DNA of 63,989 bases, filler included, from an uncultured bacterium (GTDB lineage: Bacteria > Hinthialibacterota > Hinthialibacteria > Hinthialibacterales > Hinthialibacteraceae): assembly GCA_964449065.1 (NCBI GenBank). It is 8 parts of 8 records of this genome, joined end to end, with 100 filler letters (N's around TTAATTAATTAA, not from the genome) between each part and the next. Parts side by side here need not be neighbours in the genome. Positions count along the whole stretch, not along the records: positions 33,316 to 41,496 come from CAYVAZ010000228.1; positions 41,597 to 49,762 come from CAYVAZ010000229.1; positions 49,863 to 58,016 come from CAYVAZ010000230.1; 5 more parts are not named here. The stretch is one strand, 5' to 3'. The translations under genes and the position numbers were made by a program. The stretch's first letter is position 1. Every line of letters begins with the position of its first letter. Under the pieces are notes generated by a model. The model was given only the letters and a program-made list of their open reading frames with translations. It was not told where the DNA came from and searched no databases. Below, piece by piece: positions 41,241-51,300 of this stretch.

Positions 41241-41496
41241 AGGCAATAGGAAAAACCACCCCTTACCTTTGAACAACAAGCAGACAACCTTCTCCAACGC
41301 GGCTTAATCGCCAACCGCAATGATCTAGTTTCCCGATTACAGCAAGTCAATTACTACCGTCTTAGCGGCTATTTATATCCGTTCCGCTTTCATGATGACC
41401 ACTATGCACCCGGAACGACATTGGAGAAGGTGTGGAACATTTATACCTTTGACTACAGGTTTCCGTTGATAGTAATGGATGCGATTGAGCGGATTG
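41241..41496 (+). pseudogene. Abi-family (Abi_2/AbiD-AbiF-like) remnant, truncated by contig end
   Basis: EKPPLTFEQQADNLLQRGL...VNYYRLSGYLYPF...YTFD...MDAIERI; first codons read AGG CAA TAG instead of ATG CAA TAT. Confidence 0.75.
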
Positions 41497-41676
41497 NNNN
41501 NNNNNNNNNNNNNNNNNNNNNNNNNNNNNNNNNNNNNNNNTTAATTAATTAANNNNNNNNNNNNNNNNNNNNNNNNNNNNNNNNNNNNNNNNNNNNCCCT
41601 TGTTAAGGGGGGCTAGGGGGGATCAATACCCGTCAATAAAACGTTGACACTTTAAAGGATTCAAACAAGGGAACCC

Positions 41677-42633
41677 ATGCCGGAACGAAATCAGCCACAT
41701 GACCGCTTTTTTACCAATATCTACGGCCAGCCGGATACCGCTGAAGATATGATGATCCATAACATCCCCGAACTGGCAGATGTTATTGTGCCGGGATCCA
41801 TAGAAGCCGTCGGAGGAAAGTTGGTGGATCAACAACTAAACTTGCTGCTTCCCGATCTATTGTTTAAAGCCCAGTTAAAAATTGGAACGTTAGGCTATTT
41901 CTATATACTTCTTGAACACAAGAGTTTCCAACAAACCCTAATGGCGTTCAACATGCTGGATTACATGATGCAGATTTGGAAACAAGCGATTCAAAATGGC
42001 GAACCGCTGCCGTTTATCTTTCCCATCGTTATCTATCATGGCCCGAAAGAATGGAACTCCGGTACCGGTTTTGCTTCAATGGTAACGTGTCCGCCGGGGA
42101 TGGAACGCTTTGTCCCGAATTTCGAATACTACTTGCTGGATTTGGCAAAACGCGATGATGGAGAGATCAAAGGGGCCATTCCAACACGGGTTGGACTATC
42201 AATCATGAAGCATATTTTCGCTCCAAATTTTAGTGAGCGCTTTGTAACGGCTTGCAAACCGTTGTCGGAATGGGAAGATAGAAAAGCCGCTTTAAATTAT
42301 TTACGGTATATAATAGAATATGTTGGTAACACCACAGATAAAATGACAGAAGAACAATTGCGGGAAGGCGTAATCCAAATCCTTCCAGAAGGAGAAAAAC
42401 TGATGCCGACATTGTTTGGAAATATTCGGGAAGAAGGACGCGGTATGGGATTGATTGAAGGGCTGCAAATGGGGATTCAAGTCTCCCTTGAGATTAAATT
42501 CGGTGAAGAGGGATTGGCCTTCTATAACCGTATCAATGAACTCAACGATATCAATACGTTAATGAATATCAAAGATGCGATCCGAACGGGATCATCCATT
42601 GCGGATTTGGAAAAGTACCTGGAAGAGAACTGA
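41677..42633 (+). CDS. Rpn/YhgA-like PD-(D/E)xK nuclease
   Basis: PHDRFF, PDLLF, YILLEHKS, LPFIFPIVIYHG..W, YYLLDL. Confidence 0.9.
   Translation: MPERNQPHDRFFTNIYGQPDTAEDMMIHNIPELADVIVPGSIEAVGGKLVDQQLNLLLPDLLFKAQLKIGTLGYFYILLEHKSFQQTLMAFNMLDYMMQIWKQAIQNGEPLPFIFPIVIYHGPKEWNSGTGFASMVTCPPGMERFVPNFEYYLLDLAKRDDGEIKGAIPTRVGLSIMKHIFAPNFSERFVTACKPLSEWEDRKAALNYLRYIIEYVGNTTDKMTEEQLREGVIQILPEGEKLMPTLFGNIREEGRGMGLIEGLQMGIQVSLEIKFGEEGLAFYNRINELNDINTLMNIKDAIRTGSSIADLEKYLEEN
42403..42633 (+). CDS. putative internal small protein (RpnS-type antitoxin), 76 aa
   Basis: In-frame ATG preceded by AGGAGA (42390-42395) at 7 nt spacing. Confidence 0.6.
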   Translation: MPTLFGNIREEGRGMGLIEGLQMGIQVSLEIKFGEEGLAFYNRINELNDINTLMNIKDAIRTGSSIADLEKYLEEN

Positions 42634-43069
42634 GGTTAAAGAGGTTAAAGAGTTTTGCAGAGTTTGTACCATTCGAAAAATGAAGTGACCTTTTTCGGTA
42701 CGTATGGTGAACTACCGGAGAAAAAGCAGCTCGATTTGATTCAGGCTTACACCCAACTTTAATCGTGGTAACACCCCCCTCTGTATCTCCCTCAACTTGG
42801 GGGAGAAAAGGCTTTGCGTTTTCAGACGGTTTGCCTTAAATCAATGGCATTGTCCCATAGCCCCCTCCTGAATGGCACATACACTTACAAATTGGAAGCC
42901 CATGCTCCCCACCCATTTGAAACAGACATTTTGATTTGCAAATGGTATTTTACACTTCAAATAAATAATGACTGATAAGCCCAGCGAAAGGAAGATGTTA
43001 TGTATTCAATATGCAGCCAATCTCAAATTGCATAGGTATTAACTAAGAAATCGTGATTTTAGTGCATTC

Positions 43070-43104
43070 AAAAAGGTCTGGCTCACAAAGAACCAGACCT
43101 TTTT
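43070..43104. terminator. bidirectional rho-independent terminator
   Basis: AAAAAGGTCTGG...CCAGACCTTTTT. Confidence 0.7.
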
Positions 43105-43232
43105 ATGTTAAGCCTGTAGGATGGACGCAAATTTATATTTCAAAGAACATCAACGTTACAAAGAGAGAAATAGGTTTGATTTTTCATTCTCTCTTCTTCC
43201 GGCGGCCTACCGGTCATACTCTTTCAACTGCC

Positions 43233-44549
43233 TTAAAATAACGACCATTCCGATACACTGCTGCCGCCACTACCTAAAATACGGAAGTTATCGAATCCCC
43301 AATACCAGCTGAAGGTTCCCATATACATAAACGCGAACTTTACGGATGATTGGTTATCCAGCCCCGGAAGACGGATCCGCTCAAAACGCTTGTTATCTTT
43401 AAAGCCGAGGATGTCGGTGTTTTCTTCAATGGTTGGGCGGATAAACGGAGCCATATCCTGGACGTTATCCACAAACCCGCGGGCAAGGGTGTAATCTTCG
43501 AAAAAGAAATCGGTACCATCAGCTAATTGGAATAACGTGAAGTCTGCATCAATACCGGATGAAGGATCGCCTTCCACGTTTGGTATGATATCGACCTCTT
43601 GCAAGTAGTAGAGCGCCGGATTCCACGTGCCTGTAATCATACGGTTGTCAACAAGACTATCAGTTCCGTTGAAGGATACCGTCCCGCCATCCAATGAATA
43701 TTCCATACTGGCAATGTTGTCTTGGTTTTGCAAATAATCGCTGTTGAAGGCCACTACTACATCGGAAACACCGGTAAGATCAATTTCCGGGGTAATGACA
43801 TATACCACATATAATCCGCCACCGTATCCGCCGGAATCGGCGTGCATAGACTTGTTCTCCACAATTGGAACACCAGTTTCGTAAGTTTCGGGAATTTGAT
43901 TGGGAGCGTCACCCAAGCCCAAATACCCCGGATAGTAGCGAATGGTATTCAAGAATTCCACTTCCTGTACCGACCAGTTGAAAAAATCGCTGCTGTAACC
44001 CGGACCGAAAGAATCGATCGGAGCCGGAATAAAGTTGGCAGTCTCCCAACCGGCAGGAATTTGACCAACCGGGGTGCTTTCAAAGGTTTCTTCATACACC
44101 GTGTTCAGGTTGCTGAAGGAGCTTAGGGTAAATTCCAACGGGTCTGACCATTCCGAAGCAACATCACCTTCGGATACATACTGCACGCGAATATTGATCG
44201 GCGTATCAAACGGAACCACAGAGTTGGGGATGGTCACTCCCGTGTTGCTGTCATTCGGGCGGGTAAGGCTGTCAAAAAGAGGGTAATCTACAGGAAAGGT
44301 GTATTCCCGGTAAACGGTTTCGCCATTGTTTGGATCGTTGATGAAGTTGGTATCAATATCCAACTGCCAATTGGTGCGGATATGCGGGGCGCTGCCGCTG
44401 TATGCGGATGCGGTTACCACAATGTCATCCAACCCTTGCGGATTGTCCGGAGAAATTTGCGTAATGGACGGTTTCGCCGGTTGCGCGAATGAAAAACCTG
44501 CAATGCTGGCAAACAATACGGCAATGCCAAATCGTTTTAATGAAGACAT
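43233..44549 (-). CDS. acidic secreted protein with C-terminal SSVSEWSLF motif
   Basis: GGGAG RBS, signal peptide (FSFA/Q), beta-rich body, Gly/Ser linker then terminal motif. Confidence 0.7.
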   Translation of the reverse strand: MSSLKRFGIAVLFASIAGFSFAQPAKPSITQISPDNPQGLDDIVVTASAYSGSAPHIRTNWQLDIDTNFINDPNNGETVYREYTFPVDYPLFDSLTRPNDSNTGVTIPNSVVPFDTPINIRVQYVSEGDVASEWSDPLEFTLSSFSNLNTVYEETFESTPVGQIPAGWETANFIPAPIDSFGPGYSSDFFNWSVQEVEFLNTIRYYPGYLGLGDAPNQIPETYETGVPIVENKSMHADSGGYGGGLYVVYVITPEIDLTGVSDVVVAFNSDYLQNQDNIASMEYSLDGGTVSFNGTDSLVDNRMITGTWNPALYYLQEVDIIPNVEGDPSSGIDADFTLFQLADGTDFFFEDYTLARGFVDNVQDMAPFIRPTIEENTDILGFKDNKRFERIRLPGLDNQSSVKFAFMYMGTFSWYWGFDNFRILGSGGSSVSEWSLF

Positions 44550-44718
44550 GGATACTCCCTTTCTTTTTATGGGAATTTGATGTAAATCCATTATCTCAAA
44601 AAAGGTTTAGATTTTCATGATTGTATTGTTATGATTTCATTAAATTTAAGGCGGCATGAAAAAGACAAGAAAATTAGACTATGATTTAACCATAAATCAT
44701 TCCATGAGATTTTTAAAA

Positions 44719-46563
44719 ATGAATTGTCCGAACAAAATGTTATTTTTATTTCTTATCGGGTTTCCAACTTTCTTTGGATGCGCGTATCAAAGCGGCAAAC
44801 CGGATTTCGCTTTCCCCAACCATTCGGTTTTACTCATCAGTATCGATACCTGCCGGACGGATTATGTAGAACCATTCGGCCGCAAGTCTTCCACTCCGTA
44901 TATAAACCAACTGGCAGAAGATGGTGTTTGGTTTTCCAACGCGATCACAACCGTGCCTTTAACCGTGCCTGCTCATGCTTCTTTGTTTACCGGATTGTAT
45001 CCGGTAGAAGTGGGGGTAAGAGACAACTACAAAGCGGTTCTGCCGTCAGGTGCGATCACGCTTGCCGAACACTTTCACGAAGCCGGGTACACAACCGCTG
45101 GCTTTATCGGCGCTATCCTGCTCTCCGAAAACTGGGGCTTCCACCAGGGCTTTGAAGTGTATGAGGATGAGTTCACAACCGAAGAGTACGAGGCGCAAGA
45201 ACATACTGTCGAACGCACCGCCGACAAAGTCAGCGAACTCGCCATCCAATGGATAAACAAATATGGCCAACAAGACGAACAAAACCCCTTTTTTTTGTTT
45301 CTGCATTATTACGATCCCCATTTGTCTTACATTCCACCGGAACCGTATCGCACGGAATATGCGGATGATCTGTATGCGGGAGAAATCGCCTTTACTGATG
45401 AGTGCATTGGCCGTGTATTGGATGCACTGCACGGACAGAATTTGTATGACGATACAATCATCGCCCTGGTCGGCGATCACGGCGAAGGCTTGGGAGAGCA
45501 TGGAGAAACCTCGCACGGACTCTTTTTGTATGATGAAACCATCCAAATCCCTGTGCTCATTAAATTGCCCAGCCAAGCCGATAGAAAGAATATCGAGAGC
45601 AGGCAATACATCAATATATGCGATTTGCCGCCAACCTTGCTGGACATAACCAAGACCGTTGCGCCGGATGATATCGTCACCTCCGGTATTTCGCTGACGC
45701 CCTGGTTATCCGGTGAGGCTTCGTTAGAAGACAGAGAGTTCATGCTGGAAACGCAGTATCCCACCGTATACAACTGGGCGCCTTTGTTCGCGTTGCGTAC
45801 GGAACACTGGAAATTTATCCAAGCCCCCAAGCCTGAATTGTATGATTTGCGTCACGATCCGGATGAATTAAAAAATGAGATGGAATCGAACGCGGCATTG
45901 GCGGGAGAGATGAAAACCCGCTTGGAGGATATGCTGCTGACGGCGTCATCCACACTCAAGGTGCAGCCAGGCGAAATGATATCCAGCAGCCGCAGTGAGC
46001 AGTTGGCCTCGCTGGGCTATGTCGGCGGCAGCTCACTCTCATCCAGCGATACCCCGGCAGACGAATTGCCCGACCCGAAAGACAAAATCGGCATCCACCG
46101 CCGCTTTGAAAAAGGCTTGGCTTACCTTGCCGAAAATAAATTGGAACCGGCCGAAACACTGTTTTTGGATTTGGCAAAACAAGACCCCAAAAATCCATCC
46201 ATCCATCATCATCTCGCCCATATTTATGTGGAACGCAAAGAGTGGGAAAAGGCCTATCAATCCGAAAGCAGAGCGTTAGAAATATCCCCGGAAAACTATA
46301 CCTATCAACTGCAGCTGGCTTGGATTCTTTTGCAGCAGAAACAATACGATGAGAGCCGAAAATGGCTCTTGCAGGTACTCGGCAAACAGTCCAACATCGC
46401 CGAAGCGCAATTTTTATTAGGCGTAATCGCCCTGGAACAAAACCAGCCCCGCCAAGCCATGAGTTACTTCATCCGCACCGAACGGCTGGCCCCCAACTAT
46501 CCGGGACTCGAACAAATTAAAGAACAAATGAAATCGATGATGCAGGCGTTGCAGCGGCACTAA
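44719..46563 (+). CDS. sulfatase-like hydrolase with C-terminal TPR repeats
   Basis: LLISIDTCR.D, PLTVPAHASLFTG, HYYDPH, GDHGE, LYDL..DP.E, LASLGY, TPRs. Confidence 0.88.
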   Translation: MNCPNKMLFLFLIGFPTFFGCAYQSGKPDFAFPNHSVLLISIDTCRTDYVEPFGRKSSTPYINQLAEDGVWFSNAITTVPLTVPAHASLFTGLYPVEVGVRDNYKAVLPSGAITLAEHFHEAGYTTAGFIGAILLSENWGFHQGFEVYEDEFTTEEYEAQEHTVERTADKVSELAIQWINKYGQQDEQNPFFLFLHYYDPHLSYIPPEPYRTEYADDLYAGEIAFTDECIGRVLDALHGQNLYDDTIIALVGDHGEGLGEHGETSHGLFLYDETIQIPVLIKLPSQADRKNIESRQYINICDLPPTLLDITKTVAPDDIVTSGISLTPWLSGEASLEDREFMLETQYPTVYNWAPLFALRTEHWKFIQAPKPELYDLRHDPDELKNEMESNAALAGEMKTRLEDMLLTASSTLKVQPGEMISSSRSEQLASLGYVGGSSLSSSDTPADELPDPKDKIGIHRRFEKGLAYLAENKLEPAETLFLDLAKQDPKNPSIHHHLAHIYVERKEWEKAYQSESRALEISPENYTYQLQLAWILLQQKQYDESRKWLLQVLGKQSNIAEAQFLLGVIALEQNQPRQAMSYFIRTERLAPNYPGLEQIKEQMKSMMQALQRH

Positions 46564-48440
46564 CTTGCCAGGACGGTAATCGCTTCTTCATGTTCTTTGG
46601 CGATGGTTTTAAATTGCTCTTCTACTTGCTCAAACGCATCAATGATAATGGGATCAAAATGGCTGCCTTTTCCTTCCAGAATGATTTCCCGGGCTTTTTG
46701 ATGCGGAAAGGGTTCTTTGTACGGCCGCCGGCTCACCAGCGCGTCATAGACATCGGCCACCGCCATCAGGCGTGCCGCAAGGGGAATATCCTCTCCCGCT
46801 TTGCCAAAAGGATATCCCGTTCCATCCCACCGTTCGTGATGATGATAGGCAATATCTCTCGCGATACGCAAAAATGAATCATATCCTAAAATGCTGTCGG
46901 CTTCTTTCAGGGCTTCTCCACCATACAACGTGTGTTTCTTCATATCGTCGAACTCTTCCGCTGTTAACTTACCCGGTTTAAGCAGAATCGAATCGGGAAC
47001 CCCCACTTTCCCGATATCATGCAAGGGGGTGGATTTGTAAATCTTTTTTATTATCCGATCGCCCAGCAGGTTGCTGTATTTGCTGTCTTGTTTGAGTTGA
47101 ATCGCCAAAACTTTTACATACTCTTGCGTCCGTTCCAGGTGGGCTCCGGTCTCGGTATCGCGAATTTCGGCGAGCTTTGCCAGGCTGAGAATTGTGACAT
47201 CTCTGGTGCGTTCAATTTTCTGCGTGCGGGCTTTAACCAGTTCACTTAAATTGTGGCTGATATTTCGGAGAAGCCTTTCTTTCGATTTCAGAGCGGTAAT
47301 ATCATGGCCGTGAACAATGACGGATTTCAAGCCGGGATAGGGAGTAAAGAGATATTGAATATACTTTGCCCCAATCTCGACTTCAACGTTGTCAACGACA
47401 CTGTTTTTGCTGGAACACTGTGCAATGATTTCTAAATAGTTTTGCGGGAGAATGTGGGAGTATTCATCTGATGTTAGTCCGGTTTCTTGCAATAGCGCTT
47501 GCGCGGAGGAATTCATATAGAGCAATTCACCAGTGAGATGAAAGCGGAAAATCGGCTGCGGGTCCGCTTCGGGAAACCGGGATAATATGGACGTTTTTTG
47601 AACGTATTCATTGGTTAAGGATTCGTAGTGCTCGCGGTCGTATTGCAGTGAGGCCATTGTTTTAATCAGATACCAGATTAACAAGGAAATCCAAATAAGA
47701 TTGAATGCCCCCAGAATAACCGCGGCGACGGGAAACCACGGAATGAGAACAAAAGGCAACAACATGCTGATAAATGCGGCAAACGTAACCCTGGGTGTAA
47801 CGGCTTCCAACACCCGGTGATCTTTGTATTTGGAATGCGTATTGAGGTAGCCTCGAACGGTCTTCGAAAAAAACAATTCGCAATAGTAGTAATGAATTTT
47901 GTAAACCGACGCGGATTTTTGAAGTTTTATGAGTGCGCAAAATTTATTCAATCCACCGGCGCTCATTGCTTGATAGAGAGCTTCGCCGCTCCATTGCGGG
48001 GCGATTTTTTTCATCCATTTTGAGTACCAAGGACATTCCTTGGCAAAAAACAGCAGCAGAAAGGTTTCGATCATTTGGCCGAATTCAAGATTGGTTGCCA
48101 AGTGAATTTCTTTTATTCCATGCGTTTGCATCCAGTTGGCAAACGCTGAACAATTGTTGAATTGGTAGGAATTGTTGCCGCTGAATCCTGACAGTTGCAT
48201 GGTATCAATCACCTTATGCGGCTTTAGAATTAAGGTGTTTTGAGAGAACTCCCGCAAATTGGGAAACAATTGGTTTTCCAAATACATGGTGAACGGACGC
48301 AGGTCTTTTACAAGCGGGTAGTAGTGCCAAAAAGATAATTTCAGTACCGCTTTACCCGCAAGATGATCAACCACAGCTGTTGCCAACCGCAAAAACGAGT
48401 TGTTTACGGCTTCAATCCTTGGTGATGTCGCCTGCGTCAT
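46560..48440 (-). CDS. membrane HD-GYP phosphodiesterase with PAS-like domain
   Basis: RDTETGAHLER, LHDIGKVG, HHERWDGTGYP, ADVYDAL..RPYK. Confidence 0.9.
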   Translation of the reverse strand: MTQATSPRIEAVNNSFLRLATAVVDHLAGKAVLKLSFWHYYPLVKDLRPFTMYLENQLFPNLREFSQNTLILKPHKVIDTMQLSGFSGNNSYQFNNCSAFANWMQTHGIKEIHLATNLEFGQMIETFLLLFFAKECPWYSKWMKKIAPQWSGEALYQAMSAGGLNKFCALIKLQKSASVYKIHYYYCELFFSKTVRGYLNTHSKYKDHRVLEAVTPRVTFAAFISMLLPFVLIPWFPVAAVILGAFNLIWISLLIWYLIKTMASLQYDREHYESLTNEYVQKTSILSRFPEADPQPIFRFHLTGELLYMNSSAQALLQETGLTSDEYSHILPQNYLEIIAQCSSKNSVVDNVEVEIGAKYIQYLFTPYPGLKSVIVHGHDITALKSKERLLRNISHNLSELVKARTQKIERTRDVTILSLAKLAEIRDTETGAHLERTQEYVKVLAIQLKQDSKYSNLLGDRIIKKIYKSTPLHDIGKVGVPDSILLKPGKLTAEEFDDMKKHTLYGGEALKEADSILGYDSFLRIARDIAYHHHERWDGTGYPFGKAGEDIPLAARLMAVADVYDALVSRRPYKEPFPHQKAREIILEGKGSHFDPIIIDAFEQVEEQFKTIAKEHEEAITVLAS

Positions 48441-48643
48441 GACTATATCTCCCTGTTATACAGTCTACGGCAGGCCAAAAGAAGATCAAAAATAAATGAT
48501 TGAAATATACATTTTTTACGTGTTCGTCAATTCCCTTTAGTCTGGTGTGGTACTTATGTAGGATGAAAAATTTGCGAAGGAAATATATTCTTAACAATTG
48601 AGTGAAATACTCCTTTAATTATCTGGAGGACGGTTAGATATCT

Positions 48644-49291
48644 ATGAAACAAGAAAACCACACAGGTTTCACATTAATCGAACTTTTGATCGTCGTCGCC
48701 ATTATCGGCATCCTGGCAGCGATTGCGGTCCCCAACTTTATGAACGCGCGCCTGCGGGCAACAGTGGCAAAAGTGCAGGGAGATATCAAAGCGCTGTCCA
48801 CCGCCGTTGAAATGTACACTGTCGATCACGGTGCCTACCCGGATGACGGTCAGGTTACCGGCGTGCCCTGGTGGATGAACAACCGCCATTTAACTACCCC
48901 AATCCCCTACATTGCCACAATCCCAACCGACCCGTTTTTGGAACGCTCTCCCGCCGGAGAAACCACCAACGGATTGCGCCAGTATTGGTACGCCTCGTAT
49001 GACGGCTACGGCTTGATGCGCAACCCCGGGAGACAGACAAGTGTTGCAGGCCGCAACAATGTGCGCTTGTTTGACCCCCCTCGCCAAAACTTCCGCTTTG
49101 CCTTCATCAGCCCCGGCCCCGACGGCTGTTGGGAGTGGGACCGCGGCAACGGGGTATCCGATTGTTATGCCGGAGACCGGCACATGGGCGATGTTTTTTA
49201 TTACGATATGTCCAACGGTCTAATATCGCAGGGCGATCTCTACTCGTACGGCCCGGGCAGCGCGTACAACCCACCCTCGGATTTTCGATGA
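48644..49291 (+). CDS. type IV pilin/GspG-like prepilin
   Basis: GFTLIELLIVVAIIGILAAIAVPNF; LTTPIPY...DPF; SPGPDG; YDMSNGLISQGD. Confidence 0.88.
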   Translation: MKQENHTGFTLIELLIVVAIIGILAAIAVPNFMNARLRATVAKVQGDIKALSTAVEMYTVDHGAYPDDGQVTGVPWWMNNRHLTTPIPYIATIPTDPFLERSPAGETTNGLRQYWYASYDGYGLMRNPGRQTSVAGRNNVRLFDPPRQNFRFAFISPGPDGCWEWDRGNGVSDCYAGDRHMGDVFYYDMSNGLISQGDLYSYGPGSAYNPPSDFR

Positions 49292-49592
49292 TGTATTCAA
49301 TGAAGGACTTGTTGGGCGCATATCCTCTTTCCTGGTAACTCACCTTACGCATACGTTATGAAACGCACGTTCTTCTAATCGTTCGCTGTGCCAATCGCCC
49401 TTGCCCAATGGGAGAGGGACGGGGTGATGGTTTCAGGAGACAATCCCCTCTAAGGACACGATTGCGTCATAGGGAACAATTGCTCTCTTCTCCCTCATCT
49501 CTTATTTTCTCCCAAAGGGAGAAAACGATAGACCTTGCGTTTGACTGATACCAGGTTGCAAAAAGAAAGTGGGTGTTTCCATCTTTTAGTTT

Positions 49593-49654
49593 GCAGAGGT
49601 ACCCCCCCCGTGGTTACCTCCAGCAGGGCAACCACAGGAGGGGTAGCCTCTACA
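49593..49654. repeat. paired REP-like palindromes
   Basis: Homologous to 14611-14668. Confidence 0.65.
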
Positions 49655-50025
49655 ATCGTAAGGCAATGTATAAACCTAAAAAAAGCAGTTGCTATTGAAA
49701 AGTATGCCATAACTTTTTGAATATAATATAATTATGAAATGCGGAGCAGTTGAAAAATAATCNNNNNNNNNNNNNNNNNNNNNNNNNNNNNNNNNNNNNN
49801 NNNNNNTTAATTAATTAANNNNNNNNNNNNNNNNNNNNNNNNNNNNNNNNNNNNNNNNNNNNCGCTCGGTGCTTCAATCCCTCCCCTAACCCCTCCCAAC
49901 TTTGGGAGGGGGAATTTCTCTTCAAGCGGCTGACCTATGACAATATTTCATACTCCTTGCCTTATCCCGCAAGTTCATGGCACAATGATAACGCAAGACA
50001 AATTGTGTATGAAAGGGCCTGTAAC

Positions 50026-51294
50026 ATGCTGCGCTTCATAGTCGTTCTTTCTTCTATTCTTCTTTCTTCTTTCGATGTTGCGTCTCAGCCGTCCGGTTTT
50101 AACTACGATGAGTCAAAGGTACCGGAGTATGAACTGCCGGATCCCTTAACCATGGAAGACGGTACCCCTGTAAAGGATGCAAAGATATGGGTCGAAAAAC
50201 GGCGACCGCAAATACTGCATCTATTCGAAACACAAGTATACGGCAAAACGCCGGAGGCCGCTTATGAAATCGCCTATCATGTTGAAACCGACAGGCACGC
50301 CCTTAACAACACCGCCATTCGCAAACAGGCAACAGTATATCCATTCGGGAAAGAGAAAGCGTTTTCGTTTGATATTCTCATTTATCTGCCCAAAGATACT
50401 TCCAAACCGGTTCCTGCGTTTGTCGGGTTAAACTTTGCGGGAAATCATTCCATCCATAAGGATCCGGAAATTAAACTCAATCCCGGTTGGATGAGAAACC
50501 GGGATGGAGTGGAAGATCACCGCGCGACGGAAGAGTCGCGTGGGGTATCCGCCAGCCGCTGGCCGGTCGATACGATTCTGAAGCGTGGGTATGCTCTCGC
50601 CACGATTTATTGTGGAGATCTTGATCCGGATTATGATGATGGATTTCAAAACGGTGTTCATCCTTTCTTCTATACGGATGGGCAAAGTAAACCGGCTGCT
50701 GATGAGTGGGGAACCATCGGCGCATGGGCCTGGGGATTAAGCCGTGCGTTGGATTATTTTGAGGAAGACCGGGAAATCGATGCGAAACGGGTTGCGGTAA
50801 TGGGGCATTCCCGATTGGGTAAAACGTCTTTGTGGGCGGGCGCGCAGGATGAGCGCTTTGCGATGGTGATCTCCAACAATTCCGGCTGCGGTGGCGCCGC
50901 GCTTTCGAGACGTGCTTTTGGAGAAACCGTAAAGCGGATCAACACCAGTTTTCCCCACTGGTTCTGTGACAATTTCAATCGATACAATGAAAACGAAAGC
51001 GCATTGCCGGTCGATCAACATCAACTGATTGCCCTCATCGCTCCGCGTCCTGTCTATATCGCAAGTGCCGCGGAAGATCAATGGGCTGACCCGCGCGGTG
51101 AGTTTTTGTCAGGGAAACATGCCGATCCGGTATACCGCTTGTTGACAGGTGTGGGATTAAACGCCAATGAAATGCCTGCTGTGGAAGAGCCGTCGATAGG
51201 ACGTATCAGCTATCACATCCGCTCAGGAGGGCATAATGTGACCGATTTTGATTGGGAGCAGTATCTCAAAACTGCTGATCGGTTTATGAAGTAA
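50026..51294 (+). CDS. CE15 glucuronoyl esterase-family protein
   Basis: NYDESKVP.Y.LPDPL, AWAWG, GHSRLGK, SGCGG, PVDQH.L.ALIAPRP, WADP.G. Confidence 0.9.
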   Translation: MLRFIVVLSSILLSSFDVASQPSGFNYDESKVPEYELPDPLTMEDGTPVKDAKIWVEKRRPQILHLFETQVYGKTPEAAYEIAYHVETDRHALNNTAIRKQATVYPFGKEKAFSFDILIYLPKDTSKPVPAFVGLNFAGNHSIHKDPEIKLNPGWMRNRDGVEDHRATEESRGVSASRWPVDTILKRGYALATIYCGDLDPDYDDGFQNGVHPFFYTDGQSKPAADEWGTIGAWAWGLSRALDYFEEDREIDAKRVAVMGHSRLGKTSLWAGAQDERFAMVISNNSGCGGAALSRRAFGETVKRINTSFPHWFCDNFNRYNENESALPVDQHQLIALIAPRPVYIASAAEDQWADPRGEFLSGKHADPVYRLLTGVGLNANEMPAVEEPSIGRISYHIRSGGHNVTDFDWEQYLKTADRFMK

Positions 51295-51300
51295 TTTCAC

